From the NCBI RefSeq assembly GCF_004010195.1, contig NC_057728.1, forward strand, positions 52,282,401 to 52,346,400: 64,000 nt of DNA. The letters run 5' to 3'. Position 1 is the first letter of the stretch. The number at the start of each line of letters is the position of its first letter. The translations under genes were made by a program, and so were the position numbers. This DNA is from Chiloscyllium plagiosum (taxonomy: Eukaryota). Positions 43,401 to 56,733 of the stretch are shown here, in pieces. The notes under the pieces were generated by a model. The model was not told where the DNA came from. It ran no database searches and worked only from the letters and a program-made list of their open reading frames with translations.

Positions 43401-46400
43401 TGTCACATGTACCAAAGTATAGTGAAATGTTGTGTTTTGTGTGCAGTACAGGCAGATCATACCATACAAAGTGCATTAGGGTATTAGAACAGAGCGAGGA
43501 ATATAATGCAGGGAAGGCGCACAAAGAGTGAGATCAACACTAAATGTAAAATTTGAGAGGTCCATTCAGAAGTCTGATAACAGCGGGGAAGAAGCTGTTC
43601 TTGAATCTATTTGTATGTGTATACAAACTTTTATATATCCTCTGCCTGACGGGGGTGGTGGTGGGTTGGGGTGATTGATTACTTTGTTTGCTTTCCCATG
43701 GCAGCGGGAAGTGTAGGTGGAGTCAGCTGATATTGCTCCCAGTTCTGGGCATCACACTTAGGGAAGGATGTGCTAGCATTCAAAAGCATACAGGAAAGTT
43801 TCATGGGAATGGTTCTCTGGATGAGGAACCCCCCAGTATGAAGATAAATTGGAGAGTTGGCTCTGTTTTCTGTGGAGGAAAGGAGACTAAGAAGAGATTT
43901 GGTAATGTTATTCAAAATCATGAAGGGGTTTCTGGACAGAATAACTTGGGAGAAAATGTTTCCACACGTGAGAGGATTCAGAATGAAAAGGCACAGATTT
44001 AAACTGATAGGTTACGGTCTGGAAAGCATTGCCTGAGAGTATGACTGTAAGATGAAGGAGCAGAAATAGGCTGCTCCACCTTTCAATCAGATTATGGTTG
44101 ATCTGATAATCCTTAATTCCACTTTCCCACCTTATTCCTAGAACTTTTCAATACCCTTCCTGATTAAAAATCTATTTATTTCAGCCTTTCATAGAGCCCT
44201 GAAGCACAGAGACTGGCCCTTTGGCCCAAACTGGTCCATGCTGACCAAAATGTCCGTCCACACTTATCTCATTTCCCTGCGCTTGTCCCATATCCTTCAA
44301 ATTTTCTCCTATCCATGTACTTGTCCAAATGCCTTTTAAATGTTGTTTATGTACCCCCCCCCCCCAATCAATTCCACTAGGAGCTCATTCCATATGCGTA
44401 CCACATTGTGTAATTTTTAAAGAAGTTGCCCCTCAGGTTTCCTTTTATTCTTTTCCCTCTAACCTTTAAACTGATGCCCCCGAGTCTGCAATCCCCCAAC
44501 CCTGGGGAAAAGACTGTGTATTCACCATGTCCATGCCTCTCATGATCTTATACACTCCTATAAGATGCCCCTTTCAATCTCCTGCGCTCTAAAGAAAAAT
44601 GTCCTAGCTTGTCCAACCTCTGCCTATAACTCAGGCCATTGAGTCCTGGCAACATACTTGTAAATTTCTTCTGCATTGTTTCGAGTTTACTAACATACTT
44701 CTGACAGCGAGGTGACCAAAACCAAACACAATACTTTGTGTAGCCTCACCGACATTCTGTATAACTGCAATATAACTTCCTATACTTTCATATTCATAAA
44801 GGCCAGCTTCTACAGCCCTGTGTGGTGAAGAATTCCATAGATTCACTTCCCTCTGAAAGAAGAAATTCCTCCACATTGTGTCCTCACTGGGTGATCCCTT
44901 ACTCTGAGATTATGCCCTTCACCATCCAGAAACTGAATTCCCAACAAATTCCAATATGGACCAGGATAATGGTGAAAGCATTCCATTCCTTATGGTAGTG
45001 ACTAGCTCCTAATTTTGTTTCCTCATATTCTTTTGCTTAACAACTTAAATCTGTGTCCCTGCTTACTGGTCCTTCTCTCACTACAGATTATTCCACTATT
45101 TTTCAATCTCTCTAAGTTTTATTTCAAATCTACCTTAAACTTCACTGCTGTAGAAAGACCATTTTTCTCTGGACTCTTCACTGCACTGAACTCTCACATT
45201 CTTGGTTCCATTCTGGTAAATTTCCTTTACCTTTGCTCAAAGGCCTTTTGATGTTTTTCTTAATGTATGATGTCCAGAATTGGTCTCAGTTCTGCACATG
45301 AGCCAGCAACAAATTTATAGAAGTTCACCATAACTTTATTTTTAGATTAGATTACTTAGTGTGGAAACAGGCCCTCCTTCTATGCTTTTGTAATCCAAAT
45401 CTCAGGGGGTTTATAATGCTAAGGATCCCAAATGCCTTTAAAACAGCCCTTCTCAACTTCTCATTATATCCAAAAGCTTGTGTAAACACTCCCAGTTGTC
45501 AGATTTGCACCTTCTTTAAAATCATACTCATTAGTTTTATATGTTCTTTTCCTTGGTTTTTCTTGCTCAGTCAATCTCTTCACATTTTTGCCTGTGTTAA
45601 ATTCAGCTGCCACTTGTCTGCCCATTTTGTCAGTCTGTGTTCCACTGAAGCCTATTATTTTCCTGTTTTCTGTTCCCTATGTTTGAGTTTGTAACAAAAG
45701 CTTACATGCTCCAAATCCCACTTGTTCAACCATTATCCAGCAATATCCACCAATCGACTTGAACTCATAATGGCTTTTCTTCTATGGCCTGGTTAGTAGG
45801 ACCTATCCTTTTGTCTGCTCGATGTACAACGCTGTGTGATTGGGACAGTGATCAGTGGTGACCTCTGAGAGAGAGCATCGTCTGGTCTCTCTGTGCTGTG
45901 AAGTTCTGAAGTTTCTGTACCTTTTATCCTTTGTTGTGTTTGCTTTAAGCAACGGGCAGAACTCAAATGGTTAATGAATGTCTGGTAAATATTGTCAGAT
46001 TCACCATATCTCTGGGCTCGACTGGACAGAAAACCCACCAAACAAGCTGAGAAACGATTCAGGAGATTCCAGTCCTCCAAAACCAGCACCGGTAACAAGA
46101 ACATTTTTATTTCCTCATCTATGTTTAATATTGATAACTTACTGCAATTTTAAAAGTACTTTTCCCCAGTGATTAGAGTGAGGGAGCACTTTTACATGTT
46201 AAAGGGGGTTGTCTGGATTTGAATGATTCTTGCCTTATTCCTTTTCTAGCTGTGACCTGATATTTTAAATTCAGGGAAGGAGACTGATGTTGAAGTGGTC
46301 TCGATTGTTTTTGTGACTTGCTCCAGCCCAACATCTCCCCAGTTGTCGTCGCCATCCTCTTCCTCCTCCTTCCAACTGTTTGTCTGTTCACTCTATCATT

Positions 46401-49400
46401 GGCAGGCGTATCAGCAGCGACCTGGGTCCTAAGCTCTGGAGCGCTCCCTCTCGCCCCCTCATCTCCTTCGAGGCACTCTTTGAAAGTTGACTCATTGATC
46501 AAACTCTTTGCCATTTGTCCTCTCATCTATTTAAATGGTTCTGGTCGTCTGCACTTTCTCAAAGAAACTTTTCTCTTCAGTTCTCTGCCCCAAGGCTGGT
46601 GTAAGGTGCGATACAAATGTTTCTTGTTGCATAGCATTGGGAGAGAATTTGAAAATGCCCATTCATGAATGTCCATGTTTATATAAACAACAGACTGAGC
46701 AGTCTGGTATAACAGAAGGCATGTATTTGAAATGTGAAAGTTAGTGATGGTGTTGAAGGATATAGCTAACAAATTCCTAGGTAACACTGCTTTATAATAG
46801 GTGTGACTGCATGGATTGAGTGCCCTCTGTCCATTGCTCGATTTCCTCCTCAGAGTTCACTTGGAATCTCGACGATGACTTTCGGACAGTCACTGAATCC
46901 TGGATCCCAGCACATGGAGTGCCACAAGTAAATGGCCGTCTGCAACCGGATGAAAATGGCCACATTCCTGGTATGAGTTTTCATTCTTTAGATATTGTTT
47001 TAAGATTCTTCACTGGAGCATCATAAGAATTTATTTTCATTCCTCCTTTTCCCTCCAAATAATCCCCAAGGTTGGGTTCCAGTAGAGAGAGGGAGCAAAC
47101 CCTACTGCTGGCACCTTTCTACTGTGAATTATGATGCTGGATTAGCACTGGTTTTGAGACCCTGCTCGGAGAAGAACCTTCTAGAAATTACTGTTGTTCC
47201 GTTAATGGAGCTTCTTGAGCAAACATTGGAGCTGGTGGGAACGCACATTAACGGCAATCCGTATGGTAGGCGGAATTCTGTTTATTCATTCTGCATTTTC
47301 TTTCACTTTTAATTTGCATCTCTCAGCCTTACCTTGTTTGGGGGTCAGCCGTATGTCACTTTGCATTGTTTCCTCTGAGTCACGTCACGGCTCCAAATCC
47401 CAGTCCGAAACTCGAGTACGCAATCCAGGTGGACATGCTCAGTGTAGAACTGCAGGAGTGCTGCACTGCCGAAAGTGCCATCTTTCAGATCAGATGCTTA
47501 ACAAGGCCCTGTCTGCCCTCTCAAATGCTCACTTTTCCATTCTAAAGATGGAAACTCCCGATAGTGCAGCACTCCCTCCGTACAGCATTGGGAGTGCCAG
47601 CCTAGGTTTTTGTGTTGAAGTCTGGACCTTCTTTCTGACTCTAAGGCGAGAGTGCAACTTGCTGAATCACAGCTTGTATCTCCAGAGATGTCTGTTGACC
47701 AAATTAGAAGGAAATATTATGAATTAGAGAACAGGAAACTGATTCAAAATCGAAAGGAGAAGAAACCTTTCTCTTTAATTCTCTGCCCCAAGGCTGGTGA
47801 TGGTAGAGGTTCCACCGTTCCTCCTGCCTGCCATTAGTGTGTGCTAGAAGGATTTAAAGGTGGATCATCAGCCTGTTTGGCCGTATTGTGAACGCATCTT
47901 CCCTGGACATGAGGCCTGGAACTGAAGGCTCAGAGGCAGGAACGCTACTCAGTACACCACAAAAGCTCCCATGAAAGATATGGGTTAGCTAAACTGATTG
48001 TTCATATGTTTACAAAGATGGTGAAAAGTCAGTTTTACAGCATGGTAAGTCAGTATTTTGCGGCAAAGGAAGTTTTTAATATTACTCACTTAACCACAGG
48101 ATGATCAATTGATCTTTTATCCTATTTGTTTGTGGAACTTCACTGCCGATTTAGATTTAGATTTCTTACAGTATGGAAACAGGCCCTTCGGCCCAACAAG
48201 TCCACACCGACCCTCCGAAGAGCAACCCACCCAGACCCATTCCCCTACATTTATCCCTTCATCTAATACTACGGGAAATTTAGCATGGCCAATTCACCTA
48301 ACCACAGCGCTAACCACTGAGCCACCGTGCTGCCCATGATATTGGCAATAAAATGAGTGCCTGTCGAAAGTAATACTCTAGTTGACAGTATTCTGGAATT
48401 CCCTGAGCATTTGAAAGGAGCGACACAATTTTTTCTTCACCAGTCATTATCAGATTCCTTGAAAGTAGTCATAGGTAGATAGGATAGTGAAGAAGGCTTT
48501 TAGTATGCTTTGGTCAGAGTATTGAGTACAGGAGTTGGGAGGTCATGTTGCAGCTGTACAGGACATTGGTTAGGCCACTGTTGGAATATTGTGTGCAATT
48601 CTGGTCTCCTTCCTATCGGAAGGATGTTGTGAAACTTGAAAGGGTTCAGAAAAGATTTAAAAGGACATTACCAGGGTTGGAGGGTTTGAGCCATAGGGAG
48701 AGGGAGAATAGGCTATGGGTGTTTTCCCTGGAGTATTGGAGACTGAGTATGACCTTAAAGAAGTCTATAAAATCATGAGGGGCATAGATCGGATAAATAG
48801 ACAAGGATTTTTCTCTGAGGTGGGGGAATCCAGAACAGGAGGGCATAGGTTTAGGGTGAGAGGGGAAAGTATAAATGAGACGTAAGGAGCAACTTTTTCA
48901 TGCAGAGGGTGGTACATGCATGGAATGAGCTGCCAGAGGAAGCGGTGGAGGCTGGTACAATTGCAACATTCAAAAGACATCTGGTTGGGTATATGAATTG
49001 GAAGGGTTTGGAGGGATATGGGCCAGGTGCTGGCAGGTGGGTCTAGATTAGGTTGGAATATCTGGTCAGCATGGACGAGTTGGACCAAAGGGTCTGTTTC
49101 CGTGCTGTACATCTCTATGACTGTTGATCACTTTCAACTGGAGTTGGGACAGATTTTCACAAGGTGAGGAATATTCCAGCTCCACTCTCTCCCATCTCAT
49201 TTTGGTTGAATGTTTCCTCATTTTTTTGTTTCTAATGTGCTTCCTGTGAGTACGGAACTGACAAGGGTTTACTCTTAATTCTATCCCAGGGCTGGGAAAT
49301 AAGAAGCAACCTGTCCATTTCCTGATTTCTCACGGTTCCCTGCAGATTGAGAAACCCCTGATGCTCAACCTCACTGATCTAATCACATGGTTTGAAGGAA

Positions 49401-51394
49401 GCCCCGAGGGTAAAGTCGAAGGCATTGTGTGGCACTGCAAAAATGGGGTGTTATTTAAAGTAAGTAAAAAGGTTAGTTTGTTCTAATTGGTGTTGAGCAA
49501 ACAGAAAGGTCATTTGGAAGTGAGCACACTTAGAATGGTTAGAGCACAGAAGGAAGCCAATTGACCCATCACCTCCGTGCTAACTCTCTGCAAGCGTAAC
49601 TCAGTGAGTTAACACTCATTCTTTGCACCCCCACTATTTTTTCAACTCAAATGATTATGCAATTACATTCTTAAAAGTCATGATTAAATCCACCTCCCCA
49701 CTTCCAGATAGTGGTGAGCTGTTTCTTGATTAGTCTGCTGTGATGGGAATCCAGGGTATTAAGGTGCCTTTGATGTGAGCTCACTCCCATGTGATGACAT
49801 CTCCCCAGTGGAAGATTGGAACTGCTTTCTGTAGCACACTCGCTATTTCTTGTCTCAGTAAGCAGGCCAGTTTTGCTGGACATACCAGCCGGCTCAGTAA
49901 CTTGTGACTTCTCACTCCACACCTAGCGATCCAGGGCACCAGTGCTCCTAGTAGATGGACTGCAAGTGGAATCCGTTGGTAGGCTGTGACTTTAAACTGG
50001 TTAAACTTCAGGATTCTTCACCTTAAACTTGGATCTGCTGCCTCTGAGCCTGACCTCTCTGGTTCTGCATTCTTATCAAGGAAGCAGAAACTGTGCAGTT
50101 TGTGAATGACAGCACTTTGGAATTGTGCTCCATGTTATTTTCAGTGTGGTTCAGTATCCATCAGCTGGTCTTATTTGAGAGAATGTATTTGCTGATGTTT
50201 TTATTGAGTAATCTTTGTTCTGCTGTCCCAGAATTGATCTCGTTTCTGTCAGTCTGCTCAGGGGTCATCATTAATTTGACAAAGATGATGGCCTTGAGCC
50301 TACAATATAAGATTTTTCTGTTCGCTCCTAAACTACTTTTGAAACTAATATTTTGTTCAGTTTTATTTCACACCTCTATATACAGAGTCATAGAGCATAG
50401 AAACAGACCCTTCAGTCCAACCAGTCCATGCCGAGTACAGAATCCCAGACTAAACTAGACCCCTGCCTGCTCCTGGCCCATTTCCCTCCAAACCTTTCCT
50501 ACTCATGTATTCATGCAAATGTCTTTTAAACATTGTAATTGTACCTATATCCACCAATTCCTCAGGAAGTTCATTCCAACACAAACCCACCCTCTTATTT
50601 GCCTCTAATGTCTTTTTTTAAATTCTCTCTCCTCTCCTCTCACCTTTAAAATGTGCCTCCTATGGAAATTCCCCAACTTGGGAAAAGACAACTGCAGATA
50701 GTTCTTCTATAACGCGATGATTGTGTTTTTGTGCAACCCTATGTTATAGAAAAAATTAGGCTTTAGAAACAGCGCTTAAGGTGTTGATGTAATCACATTA
50801 CAGCCAACACACGTTCTAAAAGTTTGCACTTTACAAACAGTGTCCCCAAGTCATCAATTGCGTAATAGCAAATTCCCCTTGATGAAATGTGTTATATCCT
50901 AACGACCTGTACCATCAACTCTTATCTGTACCTCTCATTATTTTATAAACTTCTATCAAGTTGCCCCTCAATCTCCTACGCTCCAGTGAAAAATATCCCA
51001 GCCTTTCCAAACTTCCTCTATAACTCAAACCTTCCATACCAGGCAACACCCTGGTAAATCTCTTCTGAATCCTTTCCAGCTTCATTACATCCTTCCAATA
51101 ATTAGGTGACCAGAACTGGGCACAGTATGTTGCATTGACAAAGTAAGACATCCCGTTTCCAACCGATTTAATGTCCATATTTCTCATTTTCAGCTTCATC
51201 GTCATCACCTGGGTTTACAGTGGCCAGTGCAAGACCCATATTTGACTGCCCGACCTTTATTCGTTAATGTTGATCTAACAAGGTATGAGTGTGATCCTGA
51301 AACTAAGTCATCGTTCCTGGTTTTCGCAAGGCTCAACGGGAAGCAGTTTGACCATTTTAAAGACACTCTGTGGGAGACAGATGCTGCAAGCTAA
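40342..51394 (+). CDS. RLIG1: RNA 5'-phosphate and 3'-OH ligase 1 (C12orf29), complete, 7 coding exons, 327 aa
   Basis: Exons 40342-40431, 42902-43019, 45999-46091, 46854-46970, 47071-47265, 49290-49459 and 51194-51394 total 984 nt in frame. Motifs seen: [78 protein letters not shown]. Adjacent to CEP290 as in human. Confidence 0.96.
40905..41166 (-). mobile_element. V-SINE (HE1-like) in RLIG1 intron 1; internally deleted copy at about 48150-48336
   Basis: Same V-domain as 18426-18672. Confidence 0.75.
41170..42120 (+). mobile_element. Decayed Tx1/L1-type LINE RT fragment
   Basis: [23 protein letters not shown] (YxDD motif), frameshifted downstream. Confidence 0.65.
42902..43019 (+). CDS. 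RLIG1: RLIG1 exon 2 with nucleotidyltransferase motif I KxDG (K57 at 42980-42982)
   Basis: ttttcag acceptor, gtaaca donor; [10 protein letters not shown]...[18 protein letters not shown]. Confidence 0.95.
43265..44920. mobile_element. Cluster of nested CR1 fragments (both strands) in RLIG1 intron 2
   Basis: Repeated CR1 3'-ORF and tail motifs, e.g. 44190-44770 antisense. Confidence 0.7.
45999..46091 (+). CDS. RLIG1: RLIG1 exon 3 ([24 protein letters not shown]...)
   Basis: gtcag acceptor, gtaaca donor, phase 1/1. Confidence 0.93.
46854..46970 (+). CDS. RLIG1: RLIG1 exon 4 ([10 protein letters not shown]...PDENGHIP)
   Basis: cctcag acceptor, gtatga donor, phase 1/1. Confidence 0.94.
47071..47265 (+). 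CDS. RLIG1: RLIG1 exon 5 ([15 protein letters not shown]...[17 protein letters not shown])
   Basis: ccaag acceptor after a 100-nt intron, gtaggc donor. Confidence 0.94.
48455..49122 (+). mobile_element. CR1 3' fragment (same subfamily as 3990-5045)
   Basis: [35 protein letters not shown]. Confidence 0.9.
49290..49459 (+). CDS. RLIG1: RLIG1 exon 6 ([16 protein letters not shown]...[18 protein letters not shown])
   Basis: cccag acceptor, gtaagt donor, phase 1/0. Confidence 0.94.
50383..51126 (-). mobile_element. CR1 3' fragment with a nested Tigger/MER6-like MITE (50695-50909)
   Basis: [30 protein letters not shown]; the insert starts CAG and ends CTG+TA with degenerate TIRs, and is absent from the sister copy near 34900. 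Confidence 0.8.
51194..51394 (+). CDS. RLIG1: RLIG1 terminal coding exon ([16 protein letters not shown]...[10 protein letters not shown])
   Basis: ttttcag acceptor, TAA at 51392-51394. Confidence 0.93.
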   Translation, partial: LHRHHLGLQWPVQDPYLTARPLFVNVDLTRYECDPETKSSFLVFARLNGKQFDHFKDTLWETDAAS

Positions 51395-53549
51395 TATTGT
51401 ATCGGTCAAGGGATACCAGTTTGGATGTTCACAATGGCTTGTGAGTCAGTAGGATTGTAGGACTGCTATTGGTTTGTTGCAGTTTGCCTGCTATGCCTAC
51501 AAACCTTGCTCTCCGTTCTGACCACGGTGTTACTGAGCAGAATGTTAAAACATTGTTTTTACATGAACCTTTTAATGCTGTTCAGAAATGGTCCTATAGA
51601 TGTTTTCCGTTGAGACATCGTGACACAGCTCTGGAGCAGGTGGGATCAAACCCAATTCTGTCTGCTTCGAGATAGGGTCACTACCACTGTACCAACAAGA
51701 GCCCCTTCGGAATGAACATCTGATGTCGTCAAGAAAATCTCAAAGCAGGCACAAGCTGTTTACATGGCTCACTTGGGTAAACTGCAGCAGGTGGGTGTAC
51801 AATGTCCGTTTTTGGTTTAATATTACAGATCCAAACACTACAATGAACCAGACTTATTACCTCAAACTATACTATCCAGCACAATCCACATATGAAAGTA
51901 TTGACTGCATTTAGGAGGAAACTACAGAGCGAGCTCCATTATGCTTGGCTAAATTGTTATCCAGCATGCAATTATCTAAACACCATACTCCCTGCCCGTG
52001 TTGTTTGGATATATGAGGCTCCTCTGTATTCGATTACCTTTGATGCCATGTGTTAACTGCTGTTTGTATGTTTAAAATTTCTGTAATTTGGCTTTATTGT
52101 TGAAAAGATGCATGTGATAATCTTGCTCTTGGTTTGTTCAGTTGCTGCAGTATTATTTACCATGTATTGGTTATTCCTAATTCACCACATTTTTGTACAA
52201 AATGTTCCTAAGTTTCCATTAAAAAAAAACAAATGTCCTTTTCATTTCCGCTTGGGGTGCCATTGGCAAGACTGGCGTTTACAATGAGCCACCTCCTTGA
52301 ACTGCTGCAGTCTGTGTGGTGAAAATGGTCCCACAATGCTGTTAGGGTGATACTGCCAGGATTTTGATGGCCGCAGATCAGGAATGGTGGTACTCATCAC
52401 AGGTGAAGGTGGAATCAGGCCAGCTTGGATTTGTGTGAGAGACTTGTGTACCATTTTATTATTTGATTCCTTCAGGTTCTACCATTTGGCTTTAATAATT
52501 CTTAATGTGACTGTATTTCAGAGCCTGTACTTGGGGCAATGTTGGAGATGACTAGATGATAAAGTCATTGCTGAGTCCCCTCTTGGGTTAAACATCATGT
52601 GGCACAATGCCCAGAGCAGCAATGCACTGGTGTCCTAATCAACATCCAGAACAAATAAAAACAAAATGCTGGAGATTTGAAATAAGAACAGAAAGTACTG
52701 CAGAAACTCAGCAGGTCTGGCAGCATCCATTATGAGAGCAAGACCTGCTGAGGCTTTCCAGCAACAAAATGAGAATTTTTGTTGTACCAAAAATGCAATG
52801 CAAAAATGCATTTATCCAGATTGAACTCCATCTGCAATTTCTCAGCCCATTGACCCATTTGATCAAGATACTTGAGGAAAGAATGTAAAAGCCTTGGAGG
52901 TGAATCGGAGGAGGTTTACGAGATTGATGTCTGGAATGAGTGGTTTGTCATAGAGTCCTACAGCATGTAGACAGGCCCTTCACCCCAAACTGGTCCGTCT
53001 GTGCTAACCCCGTTTCCTTGCACTCGAGGCCCATACATTCTGGTAATTGCTATAAGTCAGGTAGTGGAAGGGAAAAAGGAGCTTTGATGAAATTGCAATC
53101 ACTAGGGAACTAGGATTCAGTGAACTGATGGAGCCGTAGGCTGACCAGTCTGCAGGTGCTGATCTTTATCTTGGAGTTTTAAAAGGAGAGGATGGATGTA
53201 TTCAGGAAATATTAAACCAGACTGGAATTTGCAAATATGAATCCTCAAATTAAAAAGGCAAAAACCAGGAAACTAAAGGCCAGTTAGCTTGACATCTGTT
53301 TTGGGGAACACTTGTTAATTCAAACACTTAAAGAGCTGACTTCTTAGAAAAAAACATAAGTTGTAGGGAAGAGTCACCATGACTGCATGAAAGGGAATTG
53401 TTTTTAACCAATTTATTTGAGTCCTTTGAAGGAGTAACAAACATGCACTGTGGATCAATGAAACATAGCGGAGTCCTTGTTTCTGAGCCAGGAGGCCTGG
53501 GTTTGAATCCCACCTGCTTCAGGGGTGTGACATAAAAAGAGAAGACATG

Positions 53550-53787
53550 GTAACTGAAGGACAGATGTCAGAGGTAGTTTCTTTACTTGGATAGCAGTTG
53601 GGGGCGTGGAACTCACTGCCTGCAAGAGTAGTAGACTTGCCAACTTTAAAGGCATTTAAATGGTCAGCTAATAGACATATGGGTGAAAATAGAATAGTGT
53701 CGGATAGATGGGCTTCAGATTGGTTCCACAGGTCGGCGCAGCACTGAAGGTCGAAGGGTCTGTATTGCGCTGGAATATTCTATGTTC
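53550..53787 (+). mobile_element. CR1 3' tail (same subfamily as 440-680)
   Basis: Close similarity to 440-680. Confidence 0.8.
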
Positions 53788-56544
53788 TTCAGAAAGGTTA
53801 CTGGACCTGAAATGTTAACTCTGCTTTCTATCCGCAGATGCTGCCAGACCTGCTGAGCTTTTCCAGCATTTTGTTTATATTTCTGATTTCAAGCATCCAC
53901 GCAGCGTTTTGTGGTCTTTTTCGTTATTTACAGGTTATCCAGCACTTTGGTTTTATCAGAATACGTGAAGAGGGGTGAGACTTTGCAGGAAAAATTCATT
54001 TTAATCTTTAATTTAGAAGAGTGAGTGTCCTAACTAAATTTATTTATTTTGGTTAATCAGTATCAAAGTAACCTTTTTGTTTCTCTTTGTGTGGGTCTGC
54101 AGTCATCAGCATCACCACTACTCTCTGGTTCTGTCTCAGAACAAACCTTATTTTCAAAAACATTACACTCATTATTGTGTGGTGCCGAATAACGTTTTTT
54201 GATAATGCTTGTAGAAGGCTAGTTACTATTGTAGTACAATCAAATGAGGTCTCATGCGATACAGGAAATATTAAATATGGATTACTAAGTGAATTGAGGT
54301 TTAAAGGGACCTGCAGTTTCCAACTTCAGTAAAGAACTGATGGAACATGGAACTCAAGAAGATCAAAGACTAGAGGATTTGAATGTACCAGGTACTGCAT
54401 TGAATCATTGAGAGTTTTATTTACAATATTACTTTGTGCAAGGAGTGGAGGAAGATTCCTGGATTCATTGGCACCGTGTGTGTGTTCAGGGCAGCTTTGT
54501 CCAGCCACAAAAACAGAAATTGCAGGAAAAGCTCAGCAGGTCTGGCACCTTCTGTGAAGAGAAAGCAGAGTTAAGGTTTTGGGTCTGGTGACCCTTCCTC
54601 AGCTGCAAGACCTGCTGATCTTTTATAATTTTGTTTGATTTGCAGCATCCGCATCATTTTTTGTTGTTTTCCTTTTTTTTATCTTAGCTCTGTCCAGCCT
54701 GTTGTTTGGTTTTGCATTTGGCCAGTTGTGCAAGTTAAGAGGAGTCATTCCCATGACTGTGGACTGGTGCTGGTGAACAGTGTTCCCTGTGGTTTGTTTT
54801 GTCTGCATAGGGGTCTAAAAAGGGGTTGAATTTAAGTTTTATAAGTTGATTTTTTTTATTAGTACTGATTTATTTATAGTAAACAATAGCTTTCTGTTAA
54901 CCTGAAGGCAGGAAAATAGGAGACTGAGTAACTGGATTAAATCTTTAACTTTTTTGTGATGATTGCAGGAGTAATGGGACTCTAGTATCAGTACTTTCCC
55001 AAATGGATTGTGACAGTATATCTAAATGATACTTAATGACTTTGTTATTCTGGTTTCAAATGTTGCAGTTCTAGTTCCATGTATTAAATCATCCAGAAAG
55101 ATTCAACTTACAGACTAGATATTCAATGATTTTTTATTACCTTTTAGTAAAAATGAAAAAGTGAGGAATGTTCATGTTAAGAAATGCAATATACACTTAG
55201 CATCAGAAACTTTCCAAATTAGATACAGAGCAAAGTTCCCTCTAACAAACTGTTCAACTGTAAATGTAATAAATAACAATCTTATTCTGTGAAGACTGTT
55301 CTACAGTACAATAATCAACATATAAATACATTCTACAAAAATACTTTTGCCTCTTTTTCAGTGTGACTATTCAAAAATAGATGATTTGAATTTTTGCACA
55401 AAAATCCATCTTGATTACAGGCCTCAGTTAAAAGTATTGACCAATAAGTAGCCAGTCTGTACTGAATGGAAAGTCATTGATCTCTTTAAATGGATCAGTA
55501 GTCCTTAACATTATTCCTGTATGTGTACATATCTAAGTTTGCGAATGTTGATGGGAGAAGTTTGCTCCCACTCTGCATAATAGGAAAATGGATTGCAGGA
55601 TTAAAATGAAAGATTGGGGGATGGGAAGGAAGTGTAGAGAGAAGTGTGCTGACTGATGAGCTTTTTGCTTTCACAACACTAACCAAAGGAGCTCACTCAC
55701 ATTTTAAATGTTACGTGCGGTAGGCAACAGAGCTAAGATGTTAAATTCTATCCATGTCATGGGTCTTGTCGTCTTCTATGTGCATTGTGACAAAGTTATT
55801 TTGTTGACTTCACTCGTCTGCTTTACTCATTGGTTGAGGCCAGGGAGGTGCTGTAGAATCAAGCTCAAAGTTGAGTTGTTGTCTTCATCCAGTTACTATT
55901 ACTGAGGGCTGAGTGTTTGGTGAATGGGATGGAGCCTGACTACAAAGAGAATGAAACACACACCTGCGATTTGCTTGGTTTGCCATCTGTGATGGGTCTT
56001 CTATGGATGGCCATCTATAGAAATCCCATGGAGGAACCATCAAAGGTGAGGAGCACCATTTGCTCCTTCAGCACCTTAACCTCTCCTTTTCACAGAGCTC
56101 CAGTTTTTAAATGGACTAGCATCAAATGTTGCTTGAGCACGTGTTAAAGATCTGAAAAGTTTGGTCTCGATGGGAAAGTGGAAAAATACAACGTTTAAAG
56201 GGACAATGCTTTGGATGTGAGCCCTGGTTAAACTAAGAAAAAAGCCTCCGATTAAATGCTGTCAGATGGCGGTAGGATTGGCCAATCGGGTAAACAAAGT
56301 TGGGTGGCAGAAACCGAGAGCACTTTTCTCCGAAAAAAGGCTGAGGGACAACTGGAACTTTTAAAACACATTACTAGATACTTGTTAATGTACTTCAAGG
56401 AGAGATCAGGCACGATCTGACTAAATGAGGCAGCTGTTCTGAAAGGGTGTACTGAAGTACTGTAAATTATAAATAGAATTGTTGAACTTGATAAGTTCAA
56501 CCTCTCAAAGGAAACATCTAATAATGAACTTTGAGATGTTCCGC

Positions 56545-56733
56545 TTAATCTGTAGAAATATTTTCCGGGATAGTCACTGGGACTCCAAACTGCTTCGCTA
56601 ATTTCTGCAATTGTTCTTCGAGAAGAATGTTCCGTTTAACTTCCTGATTGTAATTGAACTTCAAATCCTCAAGTTCCTCAAAAAAGGAAGGGTCAAAGTT
56701 CTTCAGTTCTTTTTTCAGCTGTTGTATCTCTTC
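56545..56733 (-). CDS. CEP290: CEP290 terminal coding exon (EEIQQLKKELKNFDPSFFEELEDLK...PENISTD*)
   Basis: 189 nt including TAA at 56547-56545. Confidence 0.93.
   Translation of the reverse strand, partial: EEIQQLKKELKNFDPSFFEELEDLKFNYNQEVKRNILLEEQLQKLAKQFGVPVTIPENISTD

Noticed and set aside
46173..46668. Hydrophobic 116-117 aa ORFs in RLIG1 intron 3
   Set aside because: They overlap a decayed LINE-like 3' tail, have no family motif and no splice support
39191..51394. Idea that the hammerhead palindromes and neighbouring RLIG1 form a cleavage-ligation system
   Set aside because: The palindromes are dispersed repeats found throughout the window. Hammerhead products have 2',3'-cyclic phosphate and 5'-OH ends (RtcB-type substrates), whereas RLIG1 joins 5'-phosphate to 3'-OH.
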